Assembly (NCBI GenBank): GCA_963733195.1
Contig: CAVTCR010000081.1
Coordinates: forward strand, 32,001-96,000
Length of the DNA stretch: 64,000 bases
Source of the DNA: an uncultured delta proteobacterium
GTDB lineage: Bacteria; Desulfobacterota; Binatia; Bin18
Reading direction: 5' to 3'
How positions within the stretch are numbered: position 1 is the first letter of the stretch; each line of letters begins with the position of its first letter. The position numbers and the translations under genes are program-made. Of this stretch, positions 41,950-52,038 are shown one piece after another. The notes beneath the pieces were generated by a model. It was not told the DNA's origin. It ran no database searches and saw only the letters and a program-made list of their open reading frames with translations.

Positions 41950-42156
41950 ATGGACAAAACATTACGCTGGGGTTTGTTCTGGTTGGCTGCTGCCCTAGCG
42001 GCGAGTGCGATATTGCTCGCGTCATCGACACAAGCTGCATCGCCTGATGTTGTCATCGGTCAAGTGTATGGTGGTGGCAACAGCAAGGCCACGTTGCGTA
42101 ATGATTTCCTCGCATTATTCAATCGAGGTTCAGCCCTGAAGGTAGATTCGCTATGA
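41950..42156 (+). pseudogene. N-terminal remnant (signal peptide + start of lamin-tail domain) of a secreted nuclease/phosphoesterase-type protein
   Basis: AASPDVVIGQVYGGGNSKATLRNDFLALFNRG matches the LTD start found in ExeM/NucH-type proteins, then stops. Confidence 0.7.
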
Positions 42157-42527
42157 CTACTCTCTACGACTTCAATGAGAACCTGACAGAAGAGATACTC
42201 CTTCCGGAGCAGGTTTTTCTTCCTATGCATTTTCAGGACAAGCATCGTGGCGAAGTGGCGCTGCTCTATGCCATTCTCGACGATGCGATTAGGTGTCTAC
42301 AGAACGGACGGTGGGAAAAAGGGTGGGATCATGTGCGGGCGGCACAGGAGGCTGAAGCTTGGCTGTTTGCCGATGATTACGAGTGGCCGTTTTCTTTTGT
42401 CAACATATGTGAACACCTTCGTCTTGATCCCACATATCTGCGGCGTGGTCTTAAATGCTGGCGACCTCTGAGGCAATCAATCCCCAAACACAAGAGCCCT
42501 TTGCTCGCGCGTCTAGTGTCACTCTAG
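42153..42527 (+). CDS. Conserved hypothetical protein
   Basis: GEVALLYAILDDAI...EAEAWL...WPFSFVNICEHL.LDP.YLRRGL motif; ATGA overlap with the upstream remnant. Confidence 0.75.
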   Translation: MTTLYDFNENLTEEILLPEQVFLPMHFQDKHRGEVALLYAILDDAIRCLQNGRWEKGWDHVRAAQEAEAWLFADDYEWPFSFVNICEHLRLDPTYLRRGLKCWRPLRQSIPKHKSPLLARLVSL

Positions 42528-42719
42528 TGAAAGTACAAGTTTTGGAGACTCAGCAAACCTACCATCTGGACCTGGCTCAGCATCGATCAGCGGAGGTAAA
42601 AGGAAACATCCGGCAGGCAAATCATCCGGATAGAGATCCTCAGGGTGGTACAATAGTTGCCCTCGTAGCAGCTATGTTACACTGAAGGCGGATGAATAAG
42701 AGGCAACGGAGGTGTCGAG

Positions 42720-43292
42720 ATGCTGCTGATCCTTGATGTTGATTTTACCCTGAACCATTTCTACCCGCCGTCGATTCGCGACCTCGTGCCGGCTGAACTA
42801 CTGGAGAATCCGCAAAGTCCGCAAATGTGGGATTGGATCGTAGAACATTTGAACACAGTGAGGTATCCGGTGCGTGAAGATGCGGTTGCGGTTCTACAGC
42901 AACTTGACCAGCACAAGCCGACGGTCGTGGTGAGTACTGGTCGTCCCGAAGCCTTACGCACGACCACAGAACGGTGGTTAGAGCAATTCTTCCGTGTCGA
43001 ACGTGCTTTTATGCGTCCGCATGGAGATTATCGCCATAACTCGGAGATTAAACGCGATGCACTGACACAGTTCATTCAGCCGCTTGCCGGGTCGCGTCCT
43101 ATCTACGCATTTGAGGACGATGCCGAGGCACTCGCCATGTATCGGGAGGCTGGAGTAGTGACGTTTCCTGCCCCAAATTGTTGGGAACGCCTCTCCACCC
43201 GGCTCCGGGAGGCGAGGGATTTCGAGGCGGTACGATTGATACTCGCGCAAGGCGATCTTGGTGATCGCCCTAATATCCCCCTGGCCTCCTAG
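42720..43292 (+). CDS. HAD-superfamily phosphatase (polynucleotide 3'-phosphatase-like)
   Basis: DVDFTL (DxDxT), STGRPE, MRPHGD...K, FEDD. Confidence 0.82.
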   Translation: MLLILDVDFTLNHFYPPSIRDLVPAELLENPQSPQMWDWIVEHLNTVRYPVREDAVAVLQQLDQHKPTVVVSTGRPEALRTTTERWLEQFFRVERAFMRPHGDYRHNSEIKRDALTQFIQPLAGSRPIYAFEDDAEALAMYREAGVVTFPAPNCWERLSTRLREARDFEAVRLILAQGDLGDRPNIPLAS

Positions 43293-43371
43293 TGAACACT
43301 TCCGTCAGAGGGTGTTCTGGATACTGTATTGCCGCTCGGTCTCGTTCCTTGCCTTTTCTGTGCCCACCTTT

Positions 43372-43400
43372 TTTTCATAGTAACGTCACACTGCGGTAAC
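43372..43400 (+). promoter_or_regulatory. Pho-box array upstream of sthA
   Basis: TTTTCAT-n4-ACGTCAC-n4-CGGTAAC. Confidence 0.65.
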
Positions 43401-43516
43401 AGAGTCTAGCAAAACTGTAGCTTCCCTCATCGATATTCGCTGGGAGGTCGTACCTGTTCTGGAGTGAGCGAGGTCCGTGCGATTTCCCAACAAGTCATAA
43501 CGCCTGGAGATGAATT

Positions 43517-44947
43517 ATGCAGCACAACGAGTATGATCTGATTTGTATCGGTAGTGGTCCAGCAGGGCAGCGCGCTGCCGTTCAGGCAGCAAAGCTGGGG
43601 AAGAAAGTAGCAGTAGTTGAAAAACAGCGCTTTGTCGGTGGCATGTGTATTGACACTGGTACGATTCCCTCAAAAACCTTCCGTGAGGCAGTACGCAGAG
43701 TATACTCGCGACCCGGCCTTGAGCTGACGGATCCGTTTGCTGCACGAAATCGCGTCCGGCCGACCATGCAGGAATTGGTTGGCCACGTCGGGCGCGTGAT
43801 CCAACGTGAAATTGGCATGGTTCACGATGCACTCACACGGAATGATGTTGCCGTTGTCCATGGTTGCGCCTCGTTTGTTGATCCACACGTGATTCAGGTG
43901 GACACCGGAGAAGGACAACGTTCACTGACGGCGGATTATTTTCTGATTGCCGTTGGTACGCGTCCCAGCAAACCGCCTGGAGTGGAAATCGATCGGCAAA
44001 CGATTATTACTGCTGATGAAATTTTACACCTTGATCACTTACCGCGAACAATGGTCGTCGTTGGGGCGGGAGTCATCGGTATCGAATATGCATCCATGTT
44101 TGCTGCATTAGGAGTCCAAGTGACGGTTATCGATCAGCGTCCGCGCCCCTTGGAGTTTCTTGACGCTGAGATCGTTGACGAACTGATTCACCAGATGCGC
44201 AAGAGTAATGTCACTTTTCGTTGTGGTGATGCCGTCGTGCGGATCGATACCGTGCAGGCATCACCGCGCCAAGGGCTGATCCAGCTCGCTTCCGGCAAGC
44301 ATATCGTGGCGGATGTCGTTTTGTTTTCTGCTGGGCGTGGTGGGGCTACCGACACCTTGCGCCTTGAAGCTGCGGGGCTGACCGCAGATGAGCGTGGGCG
44401 GTTACTTGTTGATGCGACCTATCGCACCAGTAGCGAGCATATTTGGGCGGCAGGCGACGTGATTGGCTTTCCCGCGCTGGCTGCGACATCGAGCGAGCAA
44501 GGGCGACTTGCTGCCTGTCACATGTTCGGGGTCGAAGCTGCGCCAATGGGCACGCATTTCCCAGTGGGGATTTATGCGATTCCCGAGGTCTCGATGGTCG
44601 GAGCCACTGAGGAAGAATTAACGCAGAGCAAGGTCCCTTATGAGACTGGCATTGCACGCTATCGCGAGATTTCGCGGGGCCCGATCTTAGGGGATGATTC
44701 CGGACTGTTCAAAATGCTCTTTCACCGCGAAGACGGACGGTTGCTTGGGTGCCACTGCATCGGTAGCGGCGCAACGGAACTGATTCATGTTGGTCAAGCC
44801 GTTTTGGGTTTAGGCGGAGGACTCGACTACTTCCTCAAGACCGTTTTTAACTATCCCACACTAGCAGAGTGTTATAAAGTTGCGGCCTATAATGCTGCCA
44901 ATAAGATGTCCTTAATTCGTCATGCAACGAACGCTGTCCATCTTTAA
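43517..44947 (+). CDS. sthA: Soluble pyridine nucleotide transhydrogenase
   Basis: IGSGPAGQRAA, GGMCIDTGTIPSKT (single Cys), GAGVIGIEYA, VFNYPTLAECYKVAA. Confidence 0.93.
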   Translation: MQHNEYDLICIGSGPAGQRAAVQAAKLGKKVAVVEKQRFVGGMCIDTGTIPSKTFREAVRRVYSRPGLELTDPFAARNRVRPTMQELVGHVGRVIQREIGMVHDALTRNDVAVVHGCASFVDPHVIQVDTGEGQRSLTADYFLIAVGTRPSKPPGVEIDRQTIITADEILHLDHLPRTMVVVGAGVIGIEYASMFAALGVQVTVIDQRPRPLEFLDAEIVDELIHQMRKSNVTFRCGDAVVRIDTVQASPRQGLIQLASGKHIVADVVLFSAGRGGATDTLRLEAAGLTADERGRLLVDATYRTSSEHIWAAGDVIGFPALAATSSEQGRLAACHMFGVEAAPMGTHFPVGIYAIPEVSMVGATEEELTQSKVPYETGIARYREISRGPILGDDSGLFKMLFHREDGRLLGCHCIGSGATELIHVGQAVLGLGGGLDYFLKTVFNYPTLAECYKVAAYNAANKMSLIRHATNAVHL

Positions 44948-45210
44948 CAACCCCTGTCTTTATACCTGGATGTCAGCAAACAGTGTAAACGGCGCGCTGT
45001 TCTAAGCTGTCGAGCAATAGCAACACCTACAAAAGTGATCCTGCCGGGAAAAGTGTTCTCCTCATAGGAAACGTGTGTTGAGCACGACAGGAGGTGCTCT
45101 TGGGACCCCTGGCTGGCTTCGTCATCGCAAGACCGGACGGTTCTCATCCGTGTGCAAGGCATGATAGAGGTGCTTGCGATGGGTGAGAGAACTACCGAAA
45201 GGAATGAAGG

Positions 45211-46788
45211 ATGAGGATGCCTACCGCAGTACTCGTTTGGCTGGTGAGTGTATTGATTATGATACAAAAACTCGCACTGGCGGCTGGCCCAAATACTCCT
45301 GAAGAGTGGTTTGCTGCTGGTCAACGTGCTGTCCAAGAAGCGAAACAACTAGCGCAAACGCGAACAGCGGCGAAGAATGTGGTCCTCTTTGTTGGTGATG
45401 GCATGGGCATCTCCACAGTAACGGCGGCACGTATTCTTGAAGGACAACTGCGCGGTGAAAGTGGAGAGGAGAACCAACTGAGCTTTGAAAAGTTACCGTA
45501 TCTGGCCCTGTCGAAGACCTACAGTGTGGATCAGCAAACGTCCGACTCTGCGCCGACTATGACGGCGATGGTGACTGGGATTAAAACTACTGATCGCATG
45601 ATTTCCGTCGATCAGTTCGTGAAGTTTGGTGAACCGAATAAGGATGTCGTTCGGCAGCACACACTCAAAACCGTCTTAGAGATGGCTGAGGAAAAAGGTT
45701 TGTCGACTGGGGTAGTCACAACGACACAAGTGACACACGCGACACCGGCTGCTTGTTATGCGCATACGGCCCATCGCGACTGGGAAGGTGATGACGATCT
45801 ACCGGAGGGGGCGACAGTGCCGGATATTGCACGACAGCTTATCGAATTCTCCTATGGCAATGGGCTTGAGGTCGCCATGGGTGGTGGGCGAAGCAAATTT
45901 CTCCCAAAGTCTGTGGATGATCCAGAAGATAAAGGCAAGTCAGGAAACCGTAAGGATGGCCGCGATCTCACCAAGGAGTGGCTCACGAAGCATACGAACG
46001 CAGCGTACGTCTGGAACGCCCAGCAGTTCACCGCAATTAATTCAGCGACCACTGATCATCTGCTTGGGTTATTTGAACGTTCGCATATGGAGTTTGAGGC
46101 TGATCGTCAAAAAGACACTAGTGGTGAGCCTTCGCTGAGTGAAATGACGGTAAAGGCCCTTGAGGTGCTGCAAAAGAACAAGAAAGGATTTTTTCTCATG
46201 GTCGAAGGTGGGCGCATCGATCATGCCCACCATGGCGGGAATGCCTACCGCGCGCTTACTGAAACGATCGAGTTTGCTAAAGCCGTACACGTCGCGCTGG
46301 ATAAAACCAAGCGAGCAGAAACGCTTATCATCGTTACTGCCGACCACAGTCATACGTTCACGATTGCAGGATATCCAAAACGTGGGAATCCGATTCTGGG
46401 GAAAGTTGTTGCTCCTGACCGCACTGAGTTTGCTCGTGATGCACTCGGGCTTCCGTATACAACTCTCGGGTATGCCAACGGTCCTGGGTACACTGGAGAG
46501 TCACGTGAAGCAGATCAGGACAAGACGCGCCCAGAGGGGCCTAAACTCTTTCCTCACTTTCTTAGCAAGTATTTAGGCATCACTGCTGGACGTCCAGACT
46601 TAACTGCCGTTGACACCACAGCTCCAAATTATTTGCAAGAGTCAGCTGTGCCGATGGGTAGTGAGACCCACGCAGGTGAGGACGTAGCGATCTATGCTGG
46701 TGGTCCGCTCGCCCATCTTTTTCATGGCGTGCAAGAACAGAATGTGATTGCCCACGTGATTATGGAAGCGTTGCAGCTGAAGAGATGA
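45211..46788 (+). CDS. phoA: Alkaline phosphatase (PhoA family)
   Basis: FVGDGMG, TSDSAPT, THATPA, VEGGRIDHAHH, TADHSH, ETHAGEDV. Confidence 0.95.
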   Translation: MRMPTAVLVWLVSVLIMIQKLALAAGPNTPEEWFAAGQRAVQEAKQLAQTRTAAKNVVLFVGDGMGISTVTAARILEGQLRGESGEENQLSFEKLPYLALSKTYSVDQQTSDSAPTMTAMVTGIKTTDRMISVDQFVKFGEPNKDVVRQHTLKTVLEMAEEKGLSTGVVTTTQVTHATPAACYAHTAHRDWEGDDDLPEGATVPDIARQLIEFSYGNGLEVAMGGGRSKFLPKSVDDPEDKGKSGNRKDGRDLTKEWLTKHTNAAYVWNAQQFTAINSATTDHLLGLFERSHMEFEADRQKDTSGEPSLSEMTVKALEVLQKNKKGFFLMVEGGRIDHAHHGGNAYRALTETIEFAKAVHVALDKTKRAETLIIVTADHSHTFTIAGYPKRGNPILGKVVAPDRTEFARDALGLPYTTLGYANGPGYTGESREADQDKTRPEGPKLFPHFLSKYLGITAGRPDLTAVDTTAPNYLQESAVPMGSETHAGEDVAIYAGGPLAHLFHGVQEQNVIAHVIMEALQLKR

Positions 46789-46794
46789 GACCCT

Positions 46795-47397
46795 CTACCA
46801 CAACTCGCGTACGTTCAGCACGAAGCCTGGTAAAACGGGGTCGCCACTGACAGCGGCAGGATTGTCGAGCAATTCTATCGGCTGTCCAGGACGATAGACG
46901 TAGACGCGTTGTTCGAGCGGATCAATCAACCAACCGAGGCGAGCGCCGTTGTCGATATATTCCTGCATCTTCTCTTGCAGGTCTGACAGGCGATCGGTGC
47001 GCGAACGTAGTTCCATCACGAAGTCAGGACACACCGGAGCAAAACCTTCCTGCTGGGCGTCGGTCAATGCCTCCCAGCGTTCCCGTTTCACCCACGAGGC
47101 ATCCGGAGACCGTTTCGCGCCGTTGGGGAGAGTGAATAAAGTTGACGAGTCGAAGACGAATCCACTGCCATCGACTTCGGCCCAGTTGCCTAACCGTTGC
47201 GTGAACGTACTGTTACGCCTCCCTGTCTTTGATCCGGTTGGCGGCATAATAACTAACTCCTTCCGAGCGGTGAGTTCGAGTCGTAGCTCCGGATTCTCTT
47301 GACAGAGAAGTTTGAACTGCTCATCGCTGACGATGACGCCTTGCACGTTCAACTTAACGGGTTCGCTACCTTCGTAAGTAACAGCAGTCTGAGCCAT
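46795..47397 (-). CDS. Uma2-family (DUF820) endonuclease
   Basis: RLELTA, RSPDASWV, CPDFVMELRS, KMQEYIDNGARLGWLIDP. Confidence 0.93.
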   Translation of the reverse strand: MAQTAVTYEGSEPVKLNVQGVIVSDEQFKLLCQENPELRLELTARKELVIMPPTGSKTGRRNSTFTQRLGNWAEVDGSGFVFDSSTLFTLPNGAKRSPDASWVKRERWEALTDAQQEGFAPVCPDFVMELRSRTDRLSDLQEKMQEYIDNGARLGWLIDPLEQRVYVYRPGQPIELLDNPAAVSGDPVLPGFVLNVRELW

Positions 47398-47568
47398 ATG
47401 TATTCCTCACTCGTGAGAGAGCCTAAAGCTTTATCGCTAGGGTTGCAATCCGAGAGTTCTCAGCTCTGCACCTCTTCGTAGACAAGCTTGACGCCATCCC
47501 CAAGCCTCACTAGAGTTGCCCCAGCACAAGCTGAGGCTTGCCTCAAGGGCAAGCGAAAAGGAGGACTT

Positions 47569-48780
47569 ATGCCGGGAGGCGCGCTTGCAGGCTTCCGGGT
47601 CGTTGAATATGGCGACATGGTTTCTGCGTCCTACGCGGCCAAGATGATCGCTGATATGGGTGCAGAAGTGATTAAGGTGGAACACCCTGGGCGCGGCGAT
47701 GATGCACGTCGACGTGGACCCTTTCCAGGGAAAATTCCGCATCCGGAGAAAAGTGGACTGTTTCTCTATCTCAATACCAACAAACGCGGCGTGACGCTTA
47801 ATCTCGAAACGCTACGAGGCCAAGATATTTTCCAACGGTTGGTCGGGCAAGCTGACCTCTTTATTCACAATGTCCACCCGACGCGCATGACGGCGCTCGG
47901 CTTAGATTACGAACGTCTCGCGTCCAAGAATAAAGAGTTAGTCATGACGTCGATCACTCCTTTCGGGGTGACTGGCCCACATAAGGATTACCAAGCGTAC
48001 GACCTGAACTCCTGGAGTGCTGGGGGGCTGACGTATCTCAACGGTGGTGGTCCAGGGACGGAGGATCTTCCGCCGCTGAAAGTGTTTGGTCAGCAGTCAG
48101 GCTTTCAGGCTGGCGTTCATGCTGCTGTGGCTTCGTTGGGTGCCCTCTTTGCGCGGCTGCGCGATGGCGTGGGACAGCACGTTGATTGTTCAACGCAGGA
48201 AACCCTCATGGCGATCTCGGAATTCGCCGGCATCATGCCTGCCTATGTAAAACAGATCGTGGTCCGCTTTACCGGCAACAAAGCGATTCGCCCACTCGAC
48301 ATCATGGAGTGCAAAGACGGTTGGATTTATATCTGCTGCGTCGAAGAACATCAGTGGAAAGGGTTCGTTGATATCATGGGTAACCCCGAATGGGCGGACG
48401 AGCCCTTGTTCGCTACGCGCCTCGACCGGGCTGAGAACTGGGATGCCCTTGAGCTATTCATGGGACCGTGGGTGAAAGAACAAACGGTGGAGGAACTGTA
48501 TCATAAAGCCCAAGCACGTCGCATTCCGTTTGCGCCGGTTTCGACCATGGGGGATTTGTTCAACTCTGAGCATCTCAAAGCCCGGGGATTTTTCGCTGAA
48601 ATCACTCACCCCATTGCTGGCACGCTTCCCTATCCCACCACTCCAGCGCAATTCTCAACGACGCCGTGGACGCTTCGTCGTCCCGCGCCATGTTTGGGAC
48701 AACATAATGCGGACGTTTACAGTGAGTTGGGAATCGACCAAAAAGAACTAGAGCAATTGAAACGGGAAGGAGTGATTTAA
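47569..48780 (+). CDS. Family III CoA transferase (CaiB/BaiF)
   Basis: DMGAEVIKVEHPG, LNTNKRGVTLNL, APCLGQHN. Confidence 0.92.
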   Translation: MPGGALAGFRVVEYGDMVSASYAAKMIADMGAEVIKVEHPGRGDDARRRGPFPGKIPHPEKSGLFLYLNTNKRGVTLNLETLRGQDIFQRLVGQADLFIHNVHPTRMTALGLDYERLASKNKELVMTSITPFGVTGPHKDYQAYDLNSWSAGGLTYLNGGGPGTEDLPPLKVFGQQSGFQAGVHAAVASLGALFARLRDGVGQHVDCSTQETLMAISEFAGIMPAYVKQIVVRFTGNKAIRPLDIMECKDGWIYICCVEEHQWKGFVDIMGNPEWADEPLFATRLDRAENWDALELFMGPWVKEQTVEELYHKAQARRIPFAPVSTMGDLFNSEHLKARGFFAEITHPIAGTLPYPTTPAQFSTTPWTLRRPAPCLGQHNADVYSELGIDQKELEQLKREGVI

Positions 48781-48921
48781 GGAGAACGGGTAAAGGATAG
48801 TGGATAATGAGATAATGAGGAGAAAACGCGGAAAGAAATTCCCAGATTTCTTTCCTTATCCTTTATCCCATTTATCCATTGCGCCATTTATCCATTCCTT
48901 TCTCGGTAAGGAGCAAAGACT

Positions 48922-50142
48922 ATGAGTAACAAACCACCACTAGACGGTATCCGTGTTGCTGACTTTTGCTGGGCCTGGGCTGGTCCGTATGGCGCCCTGC
49001 AACTCGCGCACCTCGGAGCAGAAGTCATTCGTATTGAAAGCGAAACCCGTCCGTGTCCGTCACGTCAGATTCCTCCATGGGCAGATAATCAAAAGGGAGG
49101 ATTCAACCGCTCCGGGTATTTTAATCAGTACAATCAGGGTAAACGCTCACTAACGCTTAATCTGAAAAAACCTGAAGGGCTTGAGTTAGCGAAGAAAGTC
49201 GTCGCTAAAAGTGACATTGTGACCGAAAACTTTGCCGGTGGCGTGATGGATAAGATGGGCTTGGGCTATGAAGTGCTACGAGCGATTAAGCCCGACATCA
49301 TCATGATCTCGTTGTCGGGTTACGGTGCGACTGGCCCAGAAAAAGGCTATGTCTCCTACGGCCCGCCACAAGTTGCGCTCAGCGGTATGTCATCGTTGAC
49401 TGGATATAAAGATGACCAACCTCGACAGGCAGGGTTTTCGTATGGTGATCCCAACGGTGGAGTTCATGGCACATTCGCTGTGATGTGTGCACTGCTCCAT
49501 CGCGCGAAAACTGGCAACGGACAATACATCGATCTTTCTCAACGTGAAGCCTGCGCCATGTTGCTCCCCGAGGGGATCATGGAATATGCGATGAATGAGA
49601 CCCAACCACCACGAAACGGGAACCGTGATCCCTACATGGCTCCACATGGCGTATTTCGTTGTAAGGGGGCAGATCGTTGGGTCAGCATCGTTGTGGGCAA
49701 CGAAGAGGAATGGCAACGGTTCTGCAAAGCCATCGGTCAGCCTACGTTAGCAACCGATGCGCGCTTCGCGACACTCGCGGCCCGCAAAGAAAATGAAGAT
49801 GCACTTGAGCAGATTATAACGACGTGGACAAACGAATTATCACCGGATGAGGTCACGCAAAAATTGCAACATGCCGGAGTTGCGGCCTATCCCACTCTCG
49901 ATGGTAATGACATGCTCGCCAACCCACATGTAGCTGCACGTGGCTATTTTGTTGAACTTGAACATGCAGAAGTGGGAAAGCGCCGACATTTGGGGATTCC
50001 GTGGAAAATGTCACGCACCCCTTGCGAGATAAGCCGTCCAGCGCCACTCTTCGGGCAAGATACGAACTATGTGTTAGGGGAGATTCTTGGCTTGAATAAC
50101 GACGAGATCGCAATACTGAGAACAAAAGAAGTGCTTGTCTAG
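48922..50142 (+). CDS. Family III CoA transferase (CaiB/BaiF)
   Basis: WAWAGP, LGAEVIRIES, NQGKRSLTLNL, YGDPNGG, APLFGQD. Confidence 0.93.
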   Translation: MSNKPPLDGIRVADFCWAWAGPYGALQLAHLGAEVIRIESETRPCPSRQIPPWADNQKGGFNRSGYFNQYNQGKRSLTLNLKKPEGLELAKKVVAKSDIVTENFAGGVMDKMGLGYEVLRAIKPDIIMISLSGYGATGPEKGYVSYGPPQVALSGMSSLTGYKDDQPRQAGFSYGDPNGGVHGTFAVMCALLHRAKTGNGQYIDLSQREACAMLLPEGIMEYAMNETQPPRNGNRDPYMAPHGVFRCKGADRWVSIVVGNEEEWQRFCKAIGQPTLATDARFATLAARKENEDALEQIITTWTNELSPDEVTQKLQHAGVAAYPTLDGNDMLANPHVAARGYFVELEHAEVGKRRHLGIPWKMSRTPCEISRPAPLFGQDTNYVLGEILGLNNDEIAILRTKEVLV

Positions 50143-50189
50143 ATCAGACCACATGACATTCGTATACTTTACACTACGATCCCTCGGGC

Positions 50190-50486
50190 GTGTCATTCTG
50201 AGTCCCCGAGAGTGCTGCGCACTCAGCGAATGGGCAGAAACAGCACGAGCATTCCCGTCCGTCATTTCCGCCCTCGCCGTCGCGAGGGCAGGCTCCGGCG
50301 GGAATCCAGTCTTTGGCCCCTGGATACCGGGTCTCGCGTTGCTCGCCCGGAATGACGAGCTGGTCGTTTTCGTCATTCCAGCGAAAGCTGGAATCCAGGA
50401 GGTGTGGTGCGGGTTGGGCATTTTGTTTCTGAGCAGCGGAGCGAAGAATCTCTCTGAGAGACCCTTCGTTTCACTCAGGGTGACAA
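50190..50486. repeat. Cluster of palindromic intergenic repeats
   Basis: GTCATT..., GGCGGGAATCCAG, CTGGATACCGGG...CCCGGAATGAC, GTCATTCCAGCGAAAGCTGGAATCC, CTGAG...CTCAGGGTGAC units. Confidence 0.65.
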
Positions 50487-50752
50487 CTTTGGTGTGCCAA
50501 TTTTGTGTGTTTCGATTTAGCTCAGTCCCCAAGAGCCTGACTCAGTGGCACACGTTTCACGTTTTAACCAAGAATTTTTGCCGGCAACTTCGCTTATCCC
50601 GGCCTGTTCTTCTGTAGGCCGGGATGAGGTCGGAGACCGTTCCCGGCTTCCTTTTTGCCTCTACAAACCCGCTGCAAGACTTGCTATGCCTATGAATGCA
50701 GGAGTGACACCCCGGCGGAGCGTCTCTACATAAGACAAGGGGGCACTTGCCT

Positions 50753-51970
50753 GTGGGGAATCACGTTTTCATCTGTTACGCGCACGAAGATTGGAACTTC
50801 GTCCAAAAGAATCGCAATCAAGCTGAAGGAGCGTGGAGTTCCTATCTGGTTAGATGAATGGGACATTCCTCATGGTGCGAACTGGAATGAAACGCGAGAT
50901 AACGCGCTCTACGATGCTGCGCAGTGTCTGGTCATTCTCTCGTCTGCAGCCGTAAATTCTCAGCAGGTCCAGGCAGAATGGGTGACCGCTCTGGAGGAGA
51001 AGAAACCCCTCGTTCCTATTCTCTATCAGACATGCCGGATTCCAAGCAGATTGCGGCTTATACAGCGCTTTGATTTTACCAGTGGCGGTTTAGAAAATGA
51101 GGAAATTCTAGAAGCCTTGCTCCGTGCTCTGGGAGGTCAACAAGAGCCGTCTGGTTCCCAAGCAAAAAAAGTCTCGTAAGCAAAGCCGGAGGCCAACGTG
51201 AGGAGACGACGAGAGCGCCAATCATCACCTCACCAACTACCCTCTACCCTATCAGAGATCACTAATAGTATTGGTATGAAACTCATTCTCATCCCCGCGG
51301 GAGAGTTTCTGATGGGTTCAGAGAATGGTCGTGCCGATGAAAAGTCAGTGCGACGAGTGCAAATCAGTAAACCCTTTTACCTGGGGAAATATCCAGTCAC
51401 GCAAGCGCAGTGGGAAACGGTGATGGGTAATAGTCCGAGTCGTGTAAAAGGTGAGCCAAATCGACCGGTAGACAGTGTTTCATGGAATGAGGCTCGGGAG
51501 TTTCTCCGGAAGCTGAGTGCACGTGAAGGGGGGAAGCCGTATCGCTTACCGACGGAAGCGGAGTGGGAGTATGCCTGCCGTGCGGGATCTACGGGAGCGT
51601 ATTACTTTAGTGACAACGAGGCAATGCTAGGAGAATACGCTTGGTACAGTAAAAATGTTTTTTGCTCAGGTATTGCAAAAGCTCTCTTCGCGAGTGGGGG
51701 TTCGCACCCGGTAGGGCAGCTCAAACCAAATGATTGGGGGTTGTACGACATGCTCGGCAATGTGTGGGAATGGGTGCAGGACTGGTATGCGGCAGATTAC
51801 TACAAGCAACGCCCAAACCCGGACTGTGATCCTCAAGGGCTTGACAAAGGGAAATATCACGTCCTGCGCGGCGGTTCGTGGTGCAATGTTGCCGAGTACG
51901 TCCGCGTGGCCTGCCGCGACTGGCACGGCCGGCTACCGCTACGTCTTTCGGTTTTCGGTGTGCCCAGTAG
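50753..51970 (+). CDS. TIR domain + FGE-sulfatase (CLec-fold) protein; split by indels and one in-frame TAA (51177-51179)
   Basis: VFICYAHED...WLDEWDI...VILS..AVNS..VQAEW (TIR). ITNSIGMKLILIPAGEFLMGS, YRLPTEAEWEYACRAG, GLYDMLGNVWEW, VLRGGSW, GFRCAQ* (FGE). Both ORFs are in the same frame. Confidence 0.85.
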
Positions 51971-52021
51971 CTTGTAAAAGGTTCTGGATTCTGAGTTCTA
52001 GAATTCTGGATTCTGTAGGGT

Positions 52022-52038
52022 CCAGGGCGGAGTCCTGG
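52022..52038 (+). other. GC-rich hairpin with GGA loop downstream of the candidate DGR variable region
   Basis: CCAGGGC-GGA-GTCCTGG followed by a T-run. Confidence 0.55.

Noticed and set aside
50074-50617. ORFs 50074-50532 and 50135-50617 (and 13893-14090)
   Set aside because: They are translations of palindromic intergenic repeats with no protein motifs.
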